This document shows positions 50,402 through 63,283 of a DNA stretch of 64,000 nt, piece by piece. A program made the position numbers and the translations under genes. The notes under the pieces were generated by a model. It did not search any database. It worked only from the letters and a program-made list of their open reading frames with translations, and was not told where the DNA came from. The stretch lies in assembly GCA_000002435.2 (NCBI GenBank), contig CM018792.1; one strand, given 5' to 3'. Position 1 is the stretch's first letter. Each line of letters begins with the position of its first letter. Source of the stretch: Giardia intestinalis (lineage: Eukaryota).

Positions 50402-53400
50402 TCTGGCCCGGCCAACTTTTTGTAGGGTGTCATGCTATTGGTTACGTGGGCTCGAGTCCCCGGGCCGGCCCGGCCTGCGCAGGAGGGCGAGCGCGACCCA
50501 GCCCCGTTCCTACATGCTGCTCTGCAGTCTGCTGCCGTTACTTGTTGCTTTTACTTGCCCTGAGGCCACGGTGGTTCTCTAGAGCAATCGCTTGCATCCA
50601 TCCGTAACCCTAGGCGTTACGACTTGAAAGGCCATGTCACCGCATAGCTTTTATGAAGGACATTTACTAGCCATGGCAGATGGAGGTCGTCGCTTCTGGA
50701 AGCCCTGGTGCATGCCAGGCTTAGAAGACGTTGACTTCACTGGCTGCAGGAGCCCCCACCTACATGTGACAGCTTGAAGTAGCACCACTTCGAGGACAGG
50801 CGAGATCCACAGCTCGAGAGGACCTGGCAACAGAGAGCAGACTCAGGCATAGCCACAAACAACCCATCGATCCAGATGGATGAGAGCAGACACCCAATTG
50901 GCAAGGCGTTGGCTAGTCTATGTAGAAGCGCATCCTCCAACGCAGGCTCTGACACACAAAGTCTAAGGCAGACCATTGGTACACAGCAGACGGGCAGAAG
51001 CCTGCTTCGTAGTGTGTGGAGGCTTTGATGAGGTAATCGCAGGCTTGATGAAGGCTGGGACCTGTAGCTCTAACAGAGGGCTTCCCAGCTTTGGAATACT
51101 CACGATCACTATAAAGTTAATACAGTGAGTTGTCTGTAGTAACAAGTCTGCGGAGATAAGAGCAAGGTTCTATCAAACTAGTTAGAAATTAGTGGATCCT
51201 AGTGTGAACTCGCAGTATAGGGACTTGCAGAAGGCACCGCGTTCTATTCATCTGAGTAAGACGGCCAACTAAGTAGAGCCGTAGTGCAAAAACCACGAGG
51301 CCAAGGGCTCCTCCATAGCCTAGAAGCTAACATCACAAGAGTCACACTGGCTGCGGAGTGCTTTCCGATCCCCTGAGGCTTAGCGGCATGGCTTCGTTCC
51401 CTAGTATGGCCAGACAGGCTTGAGACATGAGATACTCTGTCTGCTGCAAAGCACACCTTCTGGCAGCGACTCTGGTCTATCGGGTAACTCTCGCATAGAG
51501 GAGGCAGATGGCTCTGAAGCGCCACCGCTCGCCTGATAACTCTAGATCGTAGCAGAGGAAGCTGTTTATGAGAGTGTACCCCTAGTGTGTAGATCCGCGT
51601 TTTCGTGCGACGTGAGAAGACGTTTCTGGGTTGATCTGTCATGCCTCCATCTGCTCTAGCAAAATGTAACCCAGCGTATGCACTAGTGATCTATGTCGCC
51701 ATGGCAGCCATAGTTAACTAGCCAACGAGACAATCGCTAGAGGAACCCTTGGACACTTATGAGCAGAGGCGCAGTCTGAGAGCAGTCCTCTGGTCACCAA
51801 ATGATGGAGGGGCAGATGTAGTGTTGCTCCATACAATCACACTCTCTCACTTTAGTAGCTATGTGGGCAGCCCCGGTCTCGTGAGGTCTGTGGATAAGCT
51901 GCTTCACCCCATAAAGCATCCAAAATTACTACAGGTGACCCCTGCAAAGTCTTACTGCGGGAGGCCATGCTCCACTAGAGACGTGGCGCTGGAAACACAT
52001 TAGCTGATGGGAGCTCCCCTCTGGCGTTCTTAGGGGCGGCGTCTGTCTACAATAGCTCTACACCCACTGCCTGTCTATGGCCCAACTGTATCTTATTAAA
52101 ATCCTGTCTCCACTGAACGGCTGATTCGAGGGTGATTGCCGTTACCAAGATGATACCTTACATTGACTTCTAAGAGCTGTCTTTGCATATGTTGCGCTGC
52201 TTAGTACTGCACTCAAACGAAGTTTGCTATCGTTTCGCAGCTATTGTGGATTGGAAGAACAGTTAGCATTCTCAGTAGTTCATGTGGTAATTGGAAGCCA
52301 GGGAAGTCTAAGTTGAGTGAGAAGGCTTGAGGAGGGAGTAGCAGCCCTTATACTCCTCTGCTGGATGATGCAGAGAACTGGCTCGTTCCTTAGCGTCGAT
52401 AGTTCTTCAGAATGCACGTTTCTTTGTTTAAGACCTGCATGCTTCGGATTGTCCTCTCTTGCCAGCAAAGCAGTCACTTTCCTGTGTGTCTCCTTCAGGC
52501 ACATGCCCATCTATGGTGGTGCTTCCTGTCTCCTCTCTGGAGAGGCATAACCGTCCCAATCCAGACACCTTGCTCTCAGCACACACCTCGTATCCAGCAG
52601 AGGCCAGGTGCTCGTCGACCATATCCCGTGAGCATCAGCGCTGTGCCACTATGTTACTTCCTGTCCCTCTTGAGAGGCGTATTCTGACCATCCCAGTGTC
52701 TCTATGATAGGGGAGCTGTGGATCTGGAGGTGATTGTTGCTTTCTGGCCCTCTCTGCTGTCCAGTAGACTGCAAAGGCGCCCTTCGGGAGTCGGTCCCCC
52801 AACCCTCTGTTCCCTCGGGGAAGTGGTCCTTGGATAGCGCCACTTGGATGATTCTCGAAGCCTCACTGCACGGGTGCTGCTTCTAAGAACTCCTGGAGCC
52901 TCCCTACAGAGTCGCCCAATGGCGCAAGTCTTACCCATTGTCAGCGGAGGTCTCGGCTCCCAAGGCGCAGCTCGGGGACAATACGTTTGGCCCACGTCAG
53001 CGCCACTTCCTGGCAAGGGCATGCGGAAGATCTACTTCCTCTTGTAGATCCATCATTGGTATCGAGAGCACTGCGCCTGCTATCCCCGTTGGAAGTGTCG
53101 GTAGACGGTGCCCCGTATCTGTCCCATTGAAGAGTTGGAGGTCTGCTAAGGACAGCGAAGAGGATCCCATCAGGGCTGTGATCATATACCCGTCATTATG
53201 GCAACCATAGTGTAGATAAGACAACTGTCTGGGCCCTGCAACTCCCGGGGTAGAACGCCAGGGGCGTAGCTGATTCAAGCTAGTGAGAGCTACCCTTGTC
53301 ATAGCAGGCTTAGAAAGTAGGGAGCGAGTGACGTACCTGGTGTCCATCCACGCACGCATGCAGCCTGGAAGCTGTGCTCAGAGCACCGAGGCCTGCAGGG

Positions 53401-56400
53401 GTGTGGCATCCGAACAGGCCCGACAGTTATGACTGCTTCTGAGAACAGCCAGCATGACTGGATGAGGACATAAGAACTTACGGAGACCCTCACAGTCTTG
53501 ATGTCTGGGAGAACGCGGGGGCTGATCACTCTGAAATTGTCCATCTCATGAGCTGGTTTCCGATAGCAGGCATAACAAGGAAGTGACCCCTAATTATACA
53601 CAATCTCATGCCAGCCCATCGCAGCCTAGAGCATCCTTGTCTGGCCTGCCAGTCCATCCATGACGTCAGTAGATGTGTCAGCATTCCATATCATCGGCCA
53701 CTTTGCTGCTGCACAGTCAGAGTACTGCCCGTGGCATTGCTTGCTGATGCTCTGCATAGGGCCCTGTTCCCGTGGCAGTGACAGGTGAGCCTCTCTGCAG
53801 ATGCAGATCTAATGATATGGTTCCTCTTGGACCTTCCACCTCTGCTTCTGTCTAGTATCTCACACAATATGAAGTGGCCAGTGGCTGTTATTGGATCCTT
53901 CAACATAGTTATTACACATGTATGTGCCCATCAAGACTACCATATAGGGTCACACAAGCCGAGAGCTCTGTCAGGCAGTTATTGGACTCGATGTCAAGAT
54001 GGCAGGAGGACAACACTCCCAGTGGTTGCTGAAGTATGAAGCGTTATATAGATCGTATAGCACACCAGCGGCAGTACGACGGTGGAGGGCATGCCTGGAG
54101 GTAGGTGGCACCTACAGCAAGCTGTATACTATCGTTGTCAGTACAATGGGCATAGTGGATACTGGACCCACGCTTTGGTAGCCTCGATTAGAGCAATTGC
54201 ACAGCGAAGGAGCAGGGCGTAGGGGCATGGAAACCAACCGGTCGAGCAACGTGTACATGTACGGGCACGGTTATAAGTCTCGCCCACACTAGTGGGTGGT
54301 GCTCTGCCTCGATGTGGACTCAGCGGGCTGGCTCTCATATCTATGACAGGGAGCAGGGCACCGTGCTGATCATGCGGTGAGAGGCCTTCATGCGGGCCTT
54401 TAACTAGCCTAGGCAGCGCTTAGAAGCGGCCAGCCCTCTCGTACCACGTCTCCTCTCCAAATAGGACTGAAGGCGCCCAAGGTGCCCTTCCAGAGTCTTG
54501 GTATCATGGAGCCCGTGCTAGGTAGGAAAGTTCTATATTACATGGCATGTGAGCTGCTAGGATGTATAAACACTTGCGTGGTTGTAGCGACACGTCCCCA
54601 CCAGCAAGTGTCAGAGTACATCGGTGGACAGGTGCATATTAAGTCAGGCACTCTGTGTGCGATCATGCATCACAGCTCTCGTAACGGGCTACGGGCGACC
54701 TGAGGACTAGTACTCTATGGCAACGCAATGTGAGGCGGTGAGCCTAAGGCAATCGCCGGATCGATGGCTTCAACGCGGCATCCAACAAGGTGCAGCAGGG
54801 CATCGAGCCAGCTGAGCATTGAACCAGGCCCTGGATAGGAGCTAAGAGCTCCTGTGCATGGCTGGGCTGCTCTCTAGATGGGAAAGGATGCACGTCGAGC
54901 TGGTCAGGTGCGATGCTGTAAGGTATCCACAGCTGTATCGATGCATCTGGTAAGTCCACACTGGACTCCGGGAAGCACGCTGCCGGACAAGCCGAGGAGG
55001 CTCGAGGGATGATGGCGCCGTCTTGTTATCGCTATGCAGTGCTCCGTGGACATGTATACAAACCAGCATCTCCTGGTAGCCGAGGAGGGGGCAGAGCTAG
55101 GAGACGGCGAGTGTCCCATTATGAACGACTCCAGGCGCTACCCGATCACTCCTTGGAAGGGCATATGCCTCGGCTAGGTTGCATCACATCCAGAGTAGAA
55201 GAGGAAGCTGTACTGTCCTATTCGTTTCTCAGGACAATGTGCGAATAGAAAGCGGCCCAGCGACTGACACTCTGCACCGTCCTCCTCATCCGCGGCCTGA
55301 GCAGCCAGATGCCAGGCTCGATATGTAGGACGGAAGCTGCGAAGAATAAACTCATCACGGGGCCGATTGTCTGACATCAAAAAATCCAAAGGGACGGTAG
55401 CGCCCACTGTCTCCTGGGAGAGCACATCATGCACAGTACCAGCCGTGCCAGCCTTGGCTTCTTAGGGGAGTAACCTGGGGACGTCCTGTACTAGCCTCGA
55501 CCTGTGAGGCGTTACGACCTGTGAATAGCACAAAAGAAGGCAACTGGATGTACAGACAGTGCATTGTGTTCGTGGAAGTATATCGCAACTTCTAGGTGTA
55601 TACAGCGGCACTAAGCCGGGCATCTCAACTGGCCTGCATTGGCGACCTGCTTGCCATCGTGTTTGCTGTGATGAGAGGCTGTGTCCGTCCAACAGATTGA
55701 ACAGGTATTGCACTTGCTTCTCTGGTGATGCATGCATGGTCATATGTAGCTCTGGTAGGTAGCGTGGATACTATGATAGCTAAGCTGTCTGCCATCAGTA
55801 GAGAATAGCAGCTGATCGCGCCAGAGACTCTTCCAGGTAAGCCTTCGGTCTTCGTGCCTGCTTCCCCACTAACTATAGTAATAACTGTATATCCAGAACA
55901 ATGCCATGAAACGCTCCACTGCCTTTCAGAGTGAGACATGGACCTGCGTATAGGGCTAGAAATAGAACTCTGTACACCAACTGTTATGCGCCTGGCGTGA
56001 TGTCAGGCTTAGACCGCGGCACGATCTCTGCGTGCCTATGTGCTCGCGTGCATGCTCACTGCTATGTTGGACAGTGCAGCAAGGAGGTTGGCCTCTGAGT
56101 GCACCCACTCTACAGTGACTAGTCCTTGGTTGCACGTCTCAACGGAGGACGGTGCTACTTGGATGTGCAAAAGACTATCTGTGCACGGTGGCTCCTGGAG
56201 AGCTGGTTCGCACAAAAAAGGTAGAGGCGACCAACAGACCAGGGAGGTAAGATCAGCGCTAGAGAGTCTAGTTATAAATCTGGATTGCAACGAGGACACT
56301 TGTAATGCCTTTCTGGCCTCCGAACGTAGAAAGACTGCAAGGCCTATAAATAGATCGGAGGCTACTTTTTGATTTTGTGCATTTGTAGCGGCGTAATATT

Positions 56401-59180
56401 TATTGGGATCCAGCCTCGTCTGAAGCTGGGGAAATTCACTTTCTCTCCATATACAGGCGAGGATCTATTGTAGAGGCATACTGTGCAGGCCGGTACCAGT
56501 CGGCGTGGTTGCTGTCCACAAATGTCTCACTTACGTTCTCCCACAACAGATGAATCGCCAAAGTGCCTCTTGGATTGCGTGATGTCCTACAGTGCATCTC
56601 TGCCTTCGACCAAAGGTTGCTACACACACTGCGTAGTTTGGATTGCTCATCATCCAGGGTGATCTGATCAGCTCTCGTCCTCTGCGTGTCTATCTTGTGT
56701 GGCCACTGCTGATGGTCTTTCCAGATCAGCGGGTGCCTCTATCGGTCCCACAGAGACACGCATCATGTAGGTGACTATTGCAGACCAGAGTCCTATCTAC
56801 CAAGGAAAAGGGTCAATCTGTTTACCGCGTAGGCATTCATTGTGTGCCCTATATAGTCCAGCAGGTCTTGTGCTCTTTAACATCTTCTCAGAGCCCTGTC
56901 TGGAGCCCGCGTGCATATCGTTACTACCAAACACTTAGCAGCTTCGACTGACCACCTAGGACGTCAAATCCCTTGCGCTGCACAGTGGGTATGCTCAGCG
57001 TGAGAGATACATAGTCAGCATCAGCCTTCTCAGCTCATCGTTTGGGTAATACTACTGTTGTTTTTCATCCAGTTAGCTGGCGCGAGGACCCAGCTCATGG
57101 CCAGCAAACCGAGAAAGGCCATTCCGGGAGGTCTTCAAGCGCGCTAGTACCTCGTTAGTGGGTAGCTAACAATGACCTTGGCGCATATCTCTGCCAAGAC
57201 ACGGCCTCTTTGAGCAGAGCATAAAAGTGGACCCTGTCATCCTGCGGCCCTGCTGATTTTTCGGACAGCAGGGATCGGAGCAGCTCAGATTAGCATTAGT
57301 CACCTCTGGGTCTCCATCTGTCTTCGTTGCCTGAGATGTGCTTGATCCTGTAGACTGAGAAGGGCGCTATACTGTACTCGTGTCTGCATGCCTCAGCCAG
57401 GCAGGGCTACCCTCTTGGAGACTACGCTGAGGTACCACACATCCCGAGGAACCTGTATGGAGTACCACAGCCCAAGGGCACCTTTGTCTGTCGAACGCAA
57501 GTTGTAGTTATGGCTTCATAAGTGCAGCCTTTCTTAAAATAACTGATCAACTACAGAATTCGTCTACTCACCCAGAGCCACCTGATGGAGGATGATATCA
57601 GTCTCGTCAGTAGTCTATAACGTACACCAGTCGAATCTCACAGATGAACAAGGGCTACCCAGCCCGCAGCACTAGACATTAGCAGATATCCTTCACGACA
57701 AGGGAGATGAGCGACTTGTAGACCACGGTAGTCGCCTGCCCATTGAAAATTTTTCAGTCACTGACCTAGGCCAGCTTATTACAAGACTCTTGGCGAGTTG
57801 TATCAAAAATGCATGCTTATGGGACTCCCAGTTCAAGGTGTATGCTGTCGTACCCTACTATTTTTCACACCAGCCTGTAGACATCGGTTCTTTTGGCCTC
57901 TAGTGGAGCCAAGGAAATCGCAGGATATGACGCCCTCAGTAGGGCTTTATCTGACTCTTATAGCTATATGACAGGAGGATGCCGGCCTTCTATGCATTAT
58001 GTAACGCGTGCTAAGCAACACCAGTACAACCCCTACAGTGTGGCATGATTCGCGAGTCAAAAGGTAGGACGCTTGGGCTGATTGGTATGTCTCCTCGGGA
58101 CCAACTACAGCTCGGACCAAAGGTCATGAGCGAATGCTATTCGATTCTCTTATCAGCAGATGGGGGTCAACTGCTCTAACACCCACAGGAGGCCACAAAA
58201 GGTACTGGACCAGGCATCCGGCCAATTGCTGGCAAATCAACACAACCTCCTTGGATCTCCATTCTTTCCTCACAGGCATCCACATGTAGGAAGCTCTGGG
58301 GGCCTAGAGCCCTACACTAACAGGCTCAAGATATTGCACTCCTAGGTGCTTCCATTAGTGGTGGTAGCGACAGCACTAGGATGATCCAGAGGGGAGGATA
58401 AGAGTCCTGATCCATCAGTTCAGGGGTGGCACAGTTTGGGCAGGGCTTCCTCCTTGTCTAAATTTGGGAGTGCTGGCCTCGCCCTCTGACCATCTGACAC
58501 CTTATCATGCGATGGGGAACCTTAATAGTATCCACTACAAAAAGGCAGAAATAGCGTCATGCATACTCAACAATCCATAGCGTCTCATAGGCTAATCTAC
58601 ACTGATTCACACTTCCACGAACCCTAGCGATCACTGTAGCCTTTTCTCGGGATCTCGCACCGGACTGTCCTTGAGTGCAGTTCCCTCACGATAGCCAGGA
58701 GTCGCAGGCATAATCCAAAGGAGTGAAGATGCCACAGAGGCGGAGAGGAGGTCATCGGCGCACGGGGGTCCGCAAGGGCCTGGCCCGCGCAGGGGAGGCA
58801 CAGGGGGCTGACTCATCAGGGACGCAGATACGCCAGGAGAGGAGCCAGCAATGAACCCACGGCACAGTGAGGGCATCCGAGCCGTCCTTTGATTGGCCTC
58901 AAAGTAGGGAGGCGGCGAGCGTGTAGAGAGGTCTCACCACCTATTTTTGGATTTTCTGTTTCCCTGCGTGTTGTGCAGGGGGCATAGGGTTCAGACCCAG
59001 AGAGCTCGCAGGGGGCTGTATGCAATAGATGTGCTTAGTATTCGATGAGCTTCTATGTCCTAAGCAGAGGTATCGTAGGAGACGAATCTCTTTGGAGTAA
59101 TTAGCACAGTACATAGTAAGTCAGGTCTTTAGTCTTAAGTATCTTATTCTTGCTCACGCGGTAAGCTGAGAAGGACCTCA
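50397..59180. other. ~8.8-kb region with no credible ORF (long non-coding region or degenerate element)
   Basis: The six-frame track shows only scattered 60-130 aa ORFs on both strands, with no homology or codon structure. One stretch (~56630-58160) has no ORF of 60 aa or more in any frame. GC is moderate (~50-55%), and stops are frequent in all frames. Confidence 0.6.
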
Positions 59181-61064
59181 ATGTTGTTGGTAGCTTTCTA
59201 TTTTGTGCTGAGTGCTCTCGCGGCAGCATGCAAGCAAGCACAAAATTGTGCAAATGAAAGATGTGAAATGGTTGGCGAAACAGAAATATGCACAGAATGT
59301 AAGGACCAAGGAAATGTCCCCGTTAACGGAGTATGTATGCCGAAAGATAATGACGCCGTTACAACTGCTGGTTGCAAAAAGAATGGAGGCGCTGATTTAG
59401 GAGCAGAAGACAAGGTATGTGGACAATGCGACGGGGTTCACTTCCTCTATAAGGGTGGTTGCTATAGCACCGCCGATGCGACCGGGCAGAAGTTATGCAC
59501 CGATGCCGCGGAGGGAGTGTGCTCAGCGGCCGCAGTGGGGTACTTCATTCCACCGGGGGCACAGAAGACAGACCAGTCTGTTATCTTGTGTGGTGATGTC
59601 ACTGAGATAACACTGACCAATGGCAAAAAGTATAAAGGAGTTCAGCATTGTACAGTATGCACTGCTCCTGAAGCAGCAGAGTCTACTGCTAAGCCTGCAG
59701 TGTGCACAGCTTGTGACGAAGGATTCTTTGCCGCATCTGAGGGAACATGCACAGCTTGTGCTGACAACAATAATTGCGCTAAGTGTGATGCAGGAGCAGA
59801 TAAATGTACGAAGTGCAAAGCAACCGCTGCCAATAAATATTTTAAAGATAGTGGCGATGGAACGGGCACATGTGTCAATGAACAGACCTGCAAAGAACAA
59901 AGTACCCATTTTCCAAAAGATGATCCCAATAATGGCAACAAATGCTTATCTTGTAGTGATGATAAAAGTGGTGGAATAGCAGACTGCAAAACATGCACTC
60001 CAAAGGAGAATTCCGAAGGCCCAATTCTCATTACATGCTCTGCTTGTGCAACAGATACCAACAAACCCAATGTTGCCGGGACAAAGTGCATTGCATGCAC
60101 TGTAAAAGATTGCAAGAAGTGTAATGACGATGGCACGTGTGCAGAGTGCGACAATACTAGGAAGCTCACCCCGACAAAGGAGTGCGTAGATAAGTGCGAA
60201 AAGCTTGAGGGATACTTTGACGGAGATGATGGTACTTGCAGGGCGTGCAACTCTGTCTGTAAAACGTGTAACGGTGAAGATCCATATCAGTGCACCGGCT
60301 GTCCTGCAAAGAAGGTGCTTAAATACACCGTTGAAAGCACTCCGGACAGTGGTAGCACCTGTGTAGACGAGTGCACAACAAACACAAATGGCTGTGCAGA
60401 ATGCGGCGCAACTATCGGAGAAGCTAAGTACTGCTCTAAATGCAGCGACGCCAAGCAAGCACCGCTGAATGGTAACTGCACTGCTAGTGTTAGAGCAGCC
60501 GCATCATGTACACAAATAGAAAACGGCATTTGTAAGAAATGCGCTACTAACTATTTCCTTTTCGAGGGCGGCTGCTACGAAACCACCAGGCAGCCTGGGA
60601 TGCAGATATGTAAGGATGCTGCAGGGAACGACGGCAAGTGCAAGACATGTGCCAATAACCTACCCTCCAACATCGATACCGGGGCCTGTCCTTCATGCCC
60701 AGCAGGTTGCGCCACGTGTACGGCAGCAGGGCAGACGTACACATGTCAGACTTGTCTTGCTGGATACTATCTTGATTCTACTAAAAACTTGTGCATAAAA
60801 TGTACTGAGAGTAGCGGTAATATCCAAGGCGTTACTAATTGCGTTAGCTGTAACCCGCCAGCTGGTAATAGTGGCCCTGTCACCTGCTATGTAAAGAAGG
60901 ATGGCACTAGCGATGGCGGTAACGATAACAGCACCGGTGGTAGTACAAACAAGAGCGGCCTTAGCACAGGCGCCATTGCAGGCATCTCTGTTGCTGTCAT
61001 CGTCGTTGTGGGTGGGCTCATAGGGTTCCTCTGCTGGTGGTTCATCTGTAGGGGGAAGGCGTAG
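59181..61064 (+). CDS. Variant-specific surface protein (VSP), intact
   Basis: Signal peptide MLLVAFYFVLSALAA. The body has many CxxC motifs. The tail is the canonical TM-plus-CRGKA* sequence. An AGTAAAC polyA signal lies at 61079-61085. The last 178 bp of the coding sequence and the 539 bp beyond the stop lie within an inverted-repeat arm (60887-61603). Confidence 0.93.
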   Translation: MLLVAFYFVLSALAAACKQAQNCANERCEMVGETEICTECKDQGNVPVNGVCMPKDNDAVTTAGCKKNGGADLGAEDKVCGQCDGVHFLYKGGCYSTADATGQKLCTDAAEGVCSAAAVGYFIPPGAQKTDQSVILCGDVTEITLTNGKKYKGVQHCTVCTAPEAAESTAKPAVCTACDEGFFAASEGTCTACADNNNCAKCDAGADKCTKCKATAANKYFKDSGDGTGTCVNEQTCKEQSTHFPKDDPNNGNKCLSCSDDKSGGIADCKTCTPKENSEGPILITCSACATDTNKPNVAGTKCIACTVKDCKKCNDDGTCAECDNTRKLTPTKECVDKCEKLEGYFDGDDGTCRACNSVCKTCNGEDPYQCTGCPAKKVLKYTVESTPDSGSTCVDECTTNTNGCAECGATIGEAKYCSKCSDAKQAPLNGNCTASVRAAASCTQIENGICKKCATNYFLFEGGCYETTRQPGMQICKDAAGNDGKCKTCANNLPSNIDTGACPSCPAGCATCTAAGQTYTCQTCLAGYYLDSTKNLCIKCTESSGNIQGVTNCVSCNPPAGNSGPVTCYVKKDGTSDGGNDNSTGGSTNKSGLSTGAIAGISVAVIVVVGGLIGFLCWWFICRGKA

Positions 61065-61603
61065 ATGTGTACTTAGATAGTAAACGCGTTACTTACGTAG
61101 CTTGTGTAGATATGCTGATAGGTCCACCTGCAGTGCGTCCAGAAGTCTCACGAGTAAACTTTCGCTTAATTCCTGGCCAATCCAGAGACGAAGCCTGATC
61201 GTAGACAGCATGCTAGGGGCTTCCCTCTACTAGTGCATCCAGGACCCGGTATATTCATCGGTCGCTTCGCAGGGATGTGCTCGGTTTGGGTATCCACGTC
61301 GGTCCTTTAGGGGTTCAGGTCTTCTCGTGGACCCTCTGCTCTATCAGTGGCGCCTCTCCTTGGTCTCTCTTCATAGCGGGTGAAGCCCGGGTCGCTGTCT
61401 TTTTTAGATGCCCCGTCTGTCGGGGGCTGCTACCGGGCTCTCCACTGGCCGCCCCTCGGTGTCCGGCTGTGGCTCGGGCAGCGCTCTACAGTCGCGGTCA
61501 CGTAGGTCCCAGTGGGCCAGCTGGTGGGGAGGCGGGGTTGCTGGGGCGGTGGGACTGGTGGGGGCTGAGGTGGGGGTGCTTGTATGTGCCTCTGGGTCCG
61601 GTG
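60887..61603. repeat. Inverted-repeat arm A (VSP 3' end plus 539-bp 3' flank); in-window portion
   Basis: Reverse-complement identical to 63284-64000 in the segments compared by eye (61065-61445 and the arm junctions). The breakpoint is at 61603/61604. The arm probably extends leftward through the whole VSP gene, but the partner arm leaves the window at 64000. Confidence 0.85.
61079..61085 (+). promoter_or_regulatory. Giardia polyadenylation signal AGTAAAC (VSP)
   Basis: AGTRAAY consensus, 15 nt after the stop. Confidence 0.7.
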
Positions 61604-63283
61604 GGTCATTGGGGTGATCCCCGCTCTGTTTGCCAAGGTGGCTGTGTCTGATCCCCAGCCTTCGTTGCACTCCCGAGACACAGGCACCGACGATCGTGTC
61701 GTGTCCCCCTGACTGAGCGCCTCCCTTGGCCCCTTGTCTCGGGCAGTACTGCCTCTCTGTCTGGCTGGTGCGTGAGGGTTGAGGCAAGCCATCGCAGCCT
61801 CTCCTGCTACTCGCTGATGCTCTGTGCGGGTCTGCTGAGCCCCTGGTGTGCCCTGTCCGGTGCCTCGACGGTAGTTCGCCTGGGACCAGCAGGGGCATGG
61901 ATGACCCTGTGGATGGGATGGGGTTCTCTCGTGCCTCTAGTGTGATGACTCAGAAGACTGGCATGGTGGGGCACCGGGTGGCTGGAGAGTCCCCGTGGTC
62001 AGCTGTGCTGCTCCTGGTGGGTCCTCGTTGTGGAGCACTGTGTGTTGTTCATAGGCAGAGGTGAGCCTCCTTAGTCTCAAGATGCTCACAGCAGAGAGGA
62101 GCACGCTGAGGGTCACCCATACCTCACCTGCTGTGCCCTCGGGGAGTTCCCGATGTGATTCACTAGGACCTTGCCACCTCCTCGTGGCCCTGATGACCCC
62201 TCGGGGAGAGTCGGGGTGTCCTATGCCGAGGGGCGTGCACCCTCCTGCATGAGCTGGGACCCACTGCACTGCCTCCAAGGAGGTCTGCTATGAGAGGAAG
62301 TGAATGATCGACAGCCCCTCAGAGTGCAGTGGATGGTGCTCGTGGTCGTCTCTGTGATCGGGCATCACTCTGATGGTCAGTCCTGTGCCTTTGTGGTGCT
62401 CAGAGGTCACCTGTGCTCCATCGCCTGCTGGACAGCCGGGCCTCTTGTGGCGTCCGAAGGCCTCCTCACTCCTCTGGCTGCTACTCCCTCTGGTCATCAA
62501 TGAAGACAGTCGAGACCAGCGGAGTCTCGGTGAGTCGTGCCTGCCTGGGTATCATTGGGGCTGGCAGCTGTCAGGGCTCTGCCACTGCTCACCTGCCTGG
62601 AGTGTGCCTCCCTTGGGCCTGCTCTGCTGTGCTGCGTGAGTCCTCTGGCTTCCTATCATACCCTGACTGTGAGGGTGACTCCATCTGGCCTTCTGATGCC
62701 CCTGTGGATGAGCATGGCAGCTGTCTGGCTGGGGATCTCTGGTGCCCGTGTCTGTTGCTGCCTCTCGGGTGCTCGGGTGGTTGCCTGGCGCTCTCGTATG
62801 GGGGCACAGTCAGCGTGTCCCGAGCAGACTCCAGTCCTCTCTGGGTCTACACAGTCTGTTCGTGTGTGGATGGTCCTCCTGGACTCATGTCCATCTGTGT
62901 GCACTGTCACTCAGCCTCGAGAGCAGGCCAGTGCAGTCATCAAGGGTCGCTGTCAGAGGGAGTCGTCTGTCACTACATCGCTCGGGCAGCCCTGCAGATC
63001 AGGCTGGTTGCTGTGCACCCTCATCTCTCGTGGCAGGGCTGTTTGACTCCCCTTGGCTATCCTCTCTGTCCCGGGGTGCACGGCTCCTTCGGGTGGCTGA
63101 CAGGGTAGTGGCCTCCGGTGAGTCTGCACTGGGAGGCACCGAGAAGCGAGGGCAGCTAGGCTGGCACCACTCTCCGGCTCCTGGGGTGCTGTCTGGATGG
63201 AGGCACTCACAGACCACGAGTCCACAGAGGGGTGAGTCACAGATGGACAGCCCCCAGTCACCACAGCTGCGATCATCCCAGTC
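61604..63283. other. Unique 1,680-bp spacer between the convergent VSP copies; GC-rich and A-depleted on the + strand
   Basis: + strand composition is roughly A 12-15%, T ~25%, and G and C ~30% each. The sequence is rich in CTG, TGG and CCT. Because stops are rare, overlapping ORFs appear in several frames on both strands. Confidence 0.7.

Noticed and set aside
50397-59180. rRNA, tRNA or other structured RNA genes in the ORF desert
   Set aside because: No tRNA-like T-arm or anticodon-arm signatures, and no universally conserved rRNA motifs, were recognised. GC (~50-55%) is far below Giardia rDNA (~75%). They cannot be excluded without covariance-model searches.
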